Both the position numbers and the translations under genes were made by a program. Positions 58,501 to 64,000 of a stretch of 64,000 nucleotides of DNA are shown here, one piece after another (within the stretch, counting starts at the first letter, position 1; every line of letters starts with the position of its first letter). Source of the DNA: an uncultured bacterium (GTDB lineage: Bacteria > Verrucomicrobiota > Verrucomicrobiia > Limisphaerales > UBA8199); assembly GCA_963749495.1 (NCBI GenBank), contig CAVVMW010000018.1, positions 320,001 through 384,000 of the forward strand. The letters run 5' to 3'. The notes under the pieces were generated by a model that was given only the letters and a program-made list of their open reading frames with translations, ran no database searches and was not told where the DNA came from.

Positions 58501-59844
58501 CGGGGCTCATAGGGGGTTTGAAAGAGGCCCTGGTAATCTCCCGCCAATTGCCACATGGGGCTGCGGACGAAGTTGGCAGTCAGGCTGAAGTTGGTCGCCG
58601 TCACGGGAACCTGGAAAGACAGATCCGAATTGGAAGAGGCCACTGAACCCGTCCAGCTCTCGAAGACATAGTTCGGCGCCGGGACGGCCGTCGCGGTGTA
58701 GTATGCGCCTGCCCGGAGCAACGCCCGATTGGCCAGGCCCTTGACGCTCCCCCCTCCGAGGATCCGCAAGTCGAGCGGGAACTTGGCCTCGTAAAAGAAC
58801 GTCAGCGCAACACTGGCCGAGCGCGTGCCGACCCAGTTGATGCTCTCCAGAGTCAGGGTGTTGTATCCGGCGGCGGGCGAAACGCTAAACGCCCAGTTGG
58901 TGGTGCCGGCGGCGATTTCCCAGGGGCCATCCTGCAAGAGATAAACCACTCGCGCCACGCCGGCATCGCCGCCGGCGGTTCCACGCACCACCACCGCCTG
59001 GTTGGTGAAACTGGAATTGGACGGCGGAGATAGAACGTTGACTGTTGGCGGGGCCGAGCCCGGCGGGTTGGTTTCGTTCAGAATGGAGAACGTCCGTATA
59101 GTAAAGCTCCTGATACAAGGGCGCCCGGCTCACGGTGTTCGTGTACGCGACCGGGAGGCTATTGAAGACGCTGTAGTTCGTTCCCAGCAAACTCCCAAGG
59201 TCAACGATGCCCCCGTTCGTGGAGAGCGTGTTGAAATTCTGCAACACCGCGATACCCTCGTTGGCATTCGTGCTGTCGAGAACCCGCCCGAAAACCGTAA
59301 ACCCGCCGTTCTGCGTGTCGAGGTTGGTCGAGTTGTCTCCCAGGTTGAAAAACCACTGGCTCGTCGCCGAATTCGGGTCGTTGTCCAGCTTGGCCATGGC
59401 CAAAGTCCCCAGCGTGTTGCTCAGGCGCGTGCCCACCAGAAACTCGTTGGTCAGCCGGCCATAGTCCGGGGCCTCCACGTACGACGAAAAGGCATCGGAC
59501 CCAGCGGGGTTCGTGACCGAGAACCCGCCCCCCTGCAGGACAAAACCCGGCACACAACGGTGCAGCAGACTGTTCGTATAGGCTCCACTCCGCACGTAGA
59601 GCAGGAAATTGCGGACCGTCTCCGGTTTCTCCCGGTCGAAAAGCTCCACGTTGATCCGGCCCACCCGATTCGTGCCCTGCAAGAAGTCGAAGACCACAAC
59701 CGTGTTCGCCGCGTTGGTGTCCGAAGGAGCCCCTGCCCGGAGGCCAACCTCCTGCATCAGCCCCGGAACCAACAACAAACACAGCCAACTCCATCGGCAC
59801 GCTGCGCGCCAACAGGGGTCGCACCGGAGGATCGTGCGCTTCAT
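54811..59844 (-). CDS. Reconstructed secreted multidomain protein (~1,680 aa): cyclophilin PPIase, Ig-like, Gly-rich beta-helix, choice-of-anchor Q, Ig x3, C-terminal domain; split by four 1-nt indels
   Basis: Five overlapping minus-strand ORFs join by single-base repairs near 59089, 57958, 56887-56892 and 55508. Confidence 0.75.
55385..56869 (-). CDS. Segment: Gly-rich beta-helix, choice-of-anchor Q domain and Ig domain
   Basis: N.A.GG..GGA repeats; DPRLGPLTTNGGPTLTMALLPQSPALDA..DQ.G..RPQG..DSGAFE. Confidence 0.8.
   Translation of the reverse strand: MTNSRAGDAAGGALAIAGGSLHMLASHGLTNSAAGAVVQADIAGGGHSYGGALFVESNATASLEQVTLGGNSSSGSRCGQTQDPGNGLGGGLYNAGSIELDGCSVEYNTAVGGFSRSAGRGLGGGLAAVGPVVVNASTFNGNLAQGGDYPGSGTNNATPGAEGFGGAIQAAAAPVAITNSTFAFNQAAGGAGTMFSPGEAAARTNGFGGALAFTSNTVSLVNLTLAFNTAAPGVPADTNSTLTLGGGIANFNGAVTLCNSIVASNTPANFSGGIEDGGYNFSSDSSLAFASSNSVVNVDPRLGPLTTNGGPTLTMALLPQSPALDAVKTNYPPVDQCGTTRPQGTYADSGAFEVVLTIPVFTLQPSGTNTVWAGGDLTLQAFAEGPGPIDYLWSKDGGLVPGLSGATVTLTNVQAADGGLYAAIATNSFGAVTSTVETVSIDLRPHILVQPDDVQRGPRCTRFLHRECRRPLPGFPLAAQWRSHPRGHQRGGYD
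56866..57924 (-). CDS. Segment: surface-protein beta-rich region and start of the beta-helix
   Basis: ALDANGHSVVLSGGGVTRL; GAGILNLGG; GGAICNRGG. Confidence 0.7.
   Translation of the reverse strand: MDAGSGAYPGGFSNLVSFVASPYARPAAGVRVLNWVYGQAQVSGSDLDSPITNLVKLSTSNTLTAMDSNAVLKLGLDLKSGRVSGSFVHPWFGDTNRLNGILLQGTSRILGQYISGRQTGNLDIEAAPFLVTQSVASVSLPALTSALLEGGLLRFESSGTILLTNPIVPPYNTALDANGHSVVLSGGGVTRLVEVRTNISFSAQGIVFADGFHAGTNGASASPPGPGGDGQGAGILNLGGTVALTNCVFTNCVVRGGDAKPGATTNSPSPQGGCGLGGAICNRGGQLTLEGCLLTDCSAAGGRGRSASPAAISMGGAGGFGGAVFSDGGDCLVDSSTFLRNQALGGSRCPVR
57825..58994 (-). CDS. Segment: Ig-like and InlB B-repeat-like surface domains
   Basis: GTAGGDAGVARV..GTTNW; TATAVPAPNYVFESWTG..LTANF. Confidence 0.72.
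   Translation of the reverse strand: MVVRGTAGGDAGVARVVYLLQDGPWEIAAGTTNWAFSVSPAAGYNTLTLESINWVGTRSASVALTFFYEAKFPLDLRILGGGSVKGLANRALLRAGAYYTATAVPAPNYVFESWTGSVASSNSDLSFQVPVTATNFSLTANFVRSPMWQLAGDYQGLFQTPYEPRLDAVGFLSLALRTDGGFSGAILYHGSTYYYSGKFDSSGSASISGVLDGLSTAITLQLQETNTAGLITGTVSGGSTSPDVQLERLASSLGGSNGPPAGQYTFALPATSSSVIGPQVAGGSGFGTLSLAQSGGLNLNGVLGDSVPFSARCSLTQLGHWPLYVTLDKGKGALLGWVGFSANDPGASRAVCSGFGRWMRGLAHTPAASPTWSRSSRPPMPGPPPAFGS
58885..59844 (-). CDS. Segment: signal peptide plus cyclophilin-type peptidyl-prolyl isomerase
   Basis: VELF..KPETVRNFL.Y, HRCVPGFVLQGGG, GTLAMAK, NSATSQWFFNL.DN, GFTVFGRV. Confidence 0.9.
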   Translation of the reverse strand: MKRTILRCDPCWRAACRWSWLCLLLVPGLMQEVGLRAGAPSDTNAANTVVVFDFLQGTNRVGRINVELFDREKPETVRNFLLYVRSGAYTNSLLHRCVPGFVLQGGGFSVTNPAGSDAFSSYVEAPDYGRLTNEFLVGTRLSNTLGTLAMAKLDNDPNSATSQWFFNLGDNSTNLDTQNGGFTVFGRVLDSTNANEGIAVLQNFNTLSTNGGIVDLGSLLGTNYSVFNSLPVAYTNTVSRAPLYQELYYTDVLHSERNQPAGLGPANSQRSISAVQFQFHQPGGGGAWNRRRRCRRGASGLSLAGWPLGNRRRHHQLGV

Positions 59845-59893
59845 TGTCCAGTCATTGTCTGCCCATTCTTCTAGCGAGGCTGGGCCTCAGACC

Positions 59894-59943
59894 GTGGCTC
59901 GGGCATCCTGCCCAAGCCCTCACGGGCAGGATGCCCGTGCCAC
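59894..59943. repeat. REP-like palindrome
   Basis: GTGGCTCGGGCATCCTGCCC-N10-GGGCAGGATGCCCGTGCCAC. Confidence 0.8.
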
Positions 59944-60072
59944 AAACTTGACCTGTCTGCATCACGTTTTGAAATTCAAGGACTCTAGCCCCTGCACTCC
60001 TGCAAAGGCAATCAAAAACAGCTTCGCTGCGCCATTTGGGGCGCATTCCAACACCGCCCCCGGAGCGCCCAC

Positions 60073-60209
60073 TTCAGAGGCTGTGTGAAAAATCAATTTT
60101 GGAGCGCTTTTAGACCACCAAAAGTGAAGGGGCACATCGTTCCGACGCGCTATAAGTCAAATGTGAGCGAAGTTTTTTCGGGGCCGGGATTTTTCACACA
60201 GCCTCTGAA
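60073..60209. mobile_element. 137-bp MITE with perfect 22-bp terminal inverted repeats
   Basis: TTCAGAGGCTGTGTGAAAAATC (60073-60094) / GATTTTTCACACAGCCTCTGAA (60188-60209); AT-richer interior. Confidence 0.8.
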
Positions 60210-60359
60210 CCCGGCGCTCCGGTCCTTTGGTGTCGGTGGCGGGGCTGGTTTCCGGACGCGCCCCGCCATTCGTGGACCGGTGGACGACCGTCCTGCCAAG
60301 GACTCCACCTCCTTCTTGACTCATTACAAAAAGAATCGGAACCGAATCGGGAAAAGGTC

Positions 60360-60387
60360 TTGACAACAGGGGAATCGTTGCTACTCT
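60360..60387 (+). promoter_or_regulatory. Sigma70-type promoter upstream of the second giant gene
   Basis: TTGACA (60360-60365), 16-nt spacer ending TGc, TACTCT (60382-60387). Confidence 0.55.
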
Positions 60388-60457
60388 TGATGCGAACTTT
60401 GACGATGCCCCAACTGGGAGTGCCTGCCCGGCGGGAGGCAAACAACCTAGCTGCACT

Positions 60458-63400
60458 ATGCGGTCCGACCCGGAAGGCCGGCAGTTCCGACTCGAAGAAC
60501 TCGAGCCGCGGGTGATGCTGTCAGCGAATCTCACGGCCCTTGGGACCGCCGCTGTTGTCGCCCACCACCGTTGTCCGGTAGTCGAGGAGGTGTCGTTCCC
60601 ATTCACCACCGCGGGGCTTTCCGAGACGCATTTTGCTCACAACGGCGTCCAGGACATGTTCGCCGGCATGGAACGGACACCGCCTGCCGCGCCTCCGGCG
60701 CCGGCTCAAAGCCAGACTTGCGCCGCCGCACCGACGCTCGATCAAGCTGCCGTCGGCGCGCGAGTTGAAGAGACTTCCGCGACCACTGTGACGCTCAATA
60801 CGGCCGCCCCAAGAGCCGATGCGGTTTCAAAGATTTTGCAGGGCGATTCGATCAGTCCTCAGACCACGAGCGCGGGCAACAGCGCATCCAAGGTCTCGGA
60901 GTTGACGCGCACGCTCCGCTCCGCCAATGGTCCCCCGAGCGGCGCAACCGCAGCTCAAGTCAGTCCGAATTTCGCGGCAATCGTCGGTTCCTCTCCAAGA
61001 GCGTGTGGGGTTGCTGCCGTGGCTTGCGGTGCCCCCACTACTGCCACCGCTACCGCGGCCTCGGCTCGAGGCCGTGGCTCTCCTTCAAATCCTTCTCATG
61101 GCACGCCTTTAAGCCAGACACCGGGGCTCCAGGACCTGGGCACTTATATCATTGATGTGCTGGCCAGTCAGAGCGCCAGCTTTACTTCGACCGAGACCCT
61201 CACAAACGCATCCCTGGGCGGTTTTCTGCAACTGCAAGGGGTGACGTTGGGTGTGACGGCCACGCTGTCGACGGCCGGAGTCTGGAGCGGGAGTGTCACG
61301 ATCTCCGTGGCCAGCGCGACGTTGTTCCCGGGGCGCAGCTTCAGCGGAAAGATTGCTTCCAGCACGTCCGATCCCGCGCTCACAGGCACCTACACGATCG
61401 GCGGCGGGTTCAATTTGACCATCCCCCAGACTGCGAGCATGGTCTTGCAGCTCGGGGAGGCGCTGACCATTACCGCCAGCGGTGTGAGTTTGAGCTACGA
61501 TCCCAACGGGGCGGCGACTCAAACCCTGGCGACCTTGCAAACCGCGACTGTGACCTCCTCGCAGTTCTCCGGAATGCCATCGGCCACGTTGAGCAATTTC
61601 GCCATTCGTGGGGACGGCTTCAGCTTCGGTGCCTTCACCTTGGCTTCAGCGTCCGGCGCAACGCCGGGCATTGGAAACCTCATTACGACCACGGGCGTGA
61701 CCTTGACGGTGTCGGACTTCAACGTGTCGTTCGGCGCTGGCGCGAGCGGGCCTTCCTTGAGCGGGACGATTGCCGCCACGGTCTCAGGCTTGAACCTGTT
61801 CCCGGATGGAAACCTTGTCCAGTTCCAGGCCACGAATGTCAGCGCGGCCTACAGTTTCGCGGGCTTTGATGGCGTCAGTCCGACGGGGCAGCTCCAGGTG
61901 ACGGTGACGGGCCTTCGGTTGAGCATGGGCGAGGCGTTTGTGCTGACGGCGAGCGGGGACGTGGTTTTGACTCCCGGCCAGACGGTGATGGCGACCGTCG
62001 CGTCCGCCACGTTAAGCTCCCCCCAATTCACCGGGTTGGGCACTCTCCAGGTGAGTAATCTGGCCATCAGCCAGAGCGGTTTGAGCCTCGGCAGCCTGAC
62101 CTGGAGCAGCGGCGGGCCGGTGTCGATCCCGGACATCGTTAGCGCCGACAACGTGATGCTGACGCTAAGCAATTTCGGTCTGCAATACGGAGCGACGCCT
62201 TCCGTCAGCGGGGGCATTTCGGTTTCGGCCACCAACGTGGTCCTCTTCCCGAACGTTCCCTTGTTGGACCTGCACCTGGGCACCTTGGGAGGCTCTTACC
62301 AATTCGGCTCTCCGGCCATCCTGAGCCTGCACATCCCCAGCCTGGACATCCCTTTGGGAGACGCTTTGACCATCCATTTGGGCGCGGTGGACATCAATCC
62401 GGGCGAGGCGACAATGCTGCACGTGTCCAGCGCCACGGTGACGTCCAACCTGTTCTCCGGCCTGCCGACCTTCACCCTGAGCAACTTCGATCTGACCCGA
62501 ACCGGGTTCAGCCTCGGCAGCTTCGACATCACCGCGAGCACGCCGGTGACGGTCGGCAGCTTCCTTTCATTTTCCAATCTCGGTCTCCATGTGAGCAATT
62601 TCACGGTGGACAGGACCGCCACCCCAGTGGTGAGCGGCTCGGTTAGCTTGACCCTGGGCACGATGACCCTGTTCCCCGGCAGTTCGCTGGTGACATCCAG
62701 CTTCACCAACCTGGCGGCCACCTATGACTTCGCCAGCGCCTCCACGCCGGGGCAGTTGACCGTCACCGCCGACAGCATCACGCTGTCGATTGGCGGCCAA
62801 TTGACGCTGACGGCCAACAACATAAGCATTACCCCCGGCTCCGATACGCTGGCCACCATCCACACGGCCAGCCTCACCTTTGGTCTGCTCGACGGCCTTA
62901 AGGTCGAGGTCACTGGCCTCGAAATCCGGCAGACAGGGTTCACCATCGACTCGGCCACTGCCAGCGTTTCGGACATTACACTGGGTGGCCTGCTGGCCTT
63001 GCAGGCGCCCACCATAATAACCTTAACCAATATCAATTACTCCTTTGGCGGCACGCTGAGCGGCACGGTGGGTTTTGACACCACCAGCGCAGTGTTGCAC
63101 GTGGGCTCGGCGCTGGACACTTCGGCCAGTCATTTGAGCGGCAGTTACGACCTGGCCAGCGGAGTGCTGACGGTGACGTTGGACTCATTCGGGTTGGACC
63201 TGGCTGGGTTTGCCACGTTGAGCGCCTCTGGAGCAGTGATTACCTACGCCCCGGCCAGCGATAGTCCCGCCAAGGTGCTGGTGGGTGTAACGGGGGTCCA
63301 AGTGTTCATGGGCGCCAACGGCGTGGGCGTTTCGGTGAACAGCGGCACGCTGGGATTGGCGATCTTCAAAGCCGCCGACGACACCATCACTTACGCCTTG

Positions 63401-64000
63401 GATGCCAGCGGGGCCGTCAGCCTGGCAGGCCTGCCCGCCAATACCCTGAGTCTATCCGGGAACGTTGAATTCCGGCAGAACACGGCCGGCCCTGTCTCGG
63501 AAGTGGTGGATGTCAATGGCACCGAGGTGCATCTGGTGTTTGCGGGCAATGAGACCTCGGCGTCCGCCGCAGGGTTGAGCCTGTCGGTAGGAGCCTTCAT
63601 TTCGGTGACCGGCGATTTTGGCTTCACGCAATTCACCGATGGAAGCGCTACCGACATCGCGATTGGCGCGACCAACGTGGACGCGACGATGGCCGCTGGC
63701 AGCGTCAGCGTAACCGTCACCGGCGCCAGCCTGGGCCTGTTGGTGAAGCCCGGCGCGGCGGCCGCCGACGCTGCTTACGCCCTGGTGGCCAACGGCGGGA
63801 CCGACACCCTGAACGGAGTGCCGGGGCTGAGCCTGAGCGCCTCGGCCTTGACGGTTCGGGCGCGGAAGGGATTGGACACGACCACCGTGAGCGGCGCGCC
63901 CGCCACGGTCCATACGCCAGGCGGCGATGTGAGCCTGGACTTCACCGGCCTCGGTTCCGGCGCGAGCAACGTGACCGACATCGAAGGAAGCGTCACGTTG
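60458..64000 (+). CDS. Second LEPR-xLL domain giant surface protein (partial, runs off the window)
   Basis: MRSDPEGRQFRLEELEPRVMLSA..; LTRTLRSANGPP; Ser/Thr/Gly-rich beta repeats. The same frame reads at 63962-64000, and the ORF track lists no stop-terminated ORF from this start. Confidence 0.88.
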   Translation, partial: MRSDPEGRQFRLEELEPRVMLSANLTALGTAAVVAHHRCPVVEEVSFPFTTAGLSETHFAHNGVQDMFAGMERTPPAAPPAPAQSQTCAAAPTLDQAAVGARVEETSATTVTLNTAAPRADAVSKILQGDSISPQTTSAGNSASKVSELTRTLRSANGPPSGATAAQVSPNFAAIVGSSPRACGVAAVACGAPTTATATAASARGRGSPSNPSHGTPLSQTPGLQDLGTYIIDVLASQSASFTSTETLTNASLGGFLQLQGVTLGVTATLSTAGVWSGSVTISVASATLFPGRSFSGKIASSTSDPALTGTYTIGGGFNLTIPQTASMVLQLGEALTITASGVSLSYDPNGAATQTLATLQTATVTSSQFSGMPSATLSNFAIRGDGFSFGAFTLASASGATPGIGNLITTTGVTLTVSDFNVSFGAGASGPSLSGTIAATVSGLNLFPDGNLVQFQATNVSAAYSFAGFDGVSPTGQLQVTVTGLRLSMGEAFVLTASGDVVLTPGQTVMATVASATLSSPQFTGLGTLQVSNLAISQSGLSLGSLTWSSGGPVSIPDIVSADNVMLTLSNFGLQYGATPSVSGGISVSATNVVLFPNVPLLDLHLGTLGGSYQFGSPAILSLHIPSLDIPLGDALTIHLGAVDINPGEATMLHVSSATVTSNLFSGLPTFTLSNFDLTRTGFSLGSFDITASTPVTVGSFLSFSNLGLHVSNFTVDRTATPVVSGSVSLTLGTMTLFPGSSLVTSSFTNLAATYDFASASTPGQLTVTADSITLSIGGQLTLTANNISITPGSDTLATIHTASLTFGLLDGLKVEVTGLEIRQTGFTIDSATASVSDITLGGLLALQAPTIITLTNINYSFGGTLSGTVGFDTTSAVLHVGSALDTSASHLSGSYDLASGVLTVTLDSFGLDLAGFATLSASGAVITYAPASDSPAKVLVGVTGVQVFMGANGVGVSVNSGTLGLAIFKAADDTITYALDASGAVSLAGLPANTLSLSGNVEFRQNTAGPVSEVVDVNGTEVHLVFAGNETSASAAGLSLSVGAFISVTGDFGFTQFTDGSATDIAIGATNVDATMAAGSVSVTVTGASLGLLVKPGAAAADAAYALVANGGTDTLNGVPGLSLSASALTVRARKGLDTTTVSGAPATVHTPGGDVSLDFTGLGSGASNVTDIEGSVTL

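Noticed and set aside
60085..60363. 92-aa ORF upstream of the second giant
   Set aside because: Starts inside the MITE terminal repeat; no recognisable motif

Overview
GC-rich bacterial DNA. Protein families, C-terminal tails and REP types suggest Verrucomicrobiota/PVC (inference). From left to right: a 5'-truncated comM (YifB) gene abutting a CusA/CzcA-type RND efflux operon; a CBM48 protein and a remote glycosyltransferase-like protein; a ~34 kb LEPR-xLL giant surface-protein gene (~11,300 aa if three 1-nt frameshifts are repaired) ending in two dockerin-like domains and overlapping (ATGA) a secreted cohesin-like protein; a ~2.5 kb patch of decayed mobile and toxin-antitoxin debris; a type-I-secretion-like cluster with no ABC transporter in the window (short SecA-like ATPase, PqqD/RRE-like + M50 protease + adaptor fusion, GAF-adaptor, adaptor, TolC); REP/MITE repeats; a frameshift-split cyclophilin-Ig-choice-of-anchor-Q surface protein; and the start of a second LEPR-xLL giant (60458 to window end, absent from the ORF track) that shares a ~150-aa leader with the first. 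Leading hypothesis: leader-directed, SecA-paralog-powered export of giant adhesins, which are then retained on the surface by a dockerin-cohesin pair. All domain calls come from motif recognition by eye; no searches were run. No rRNA, tRNA or CRISPR array was recognised.
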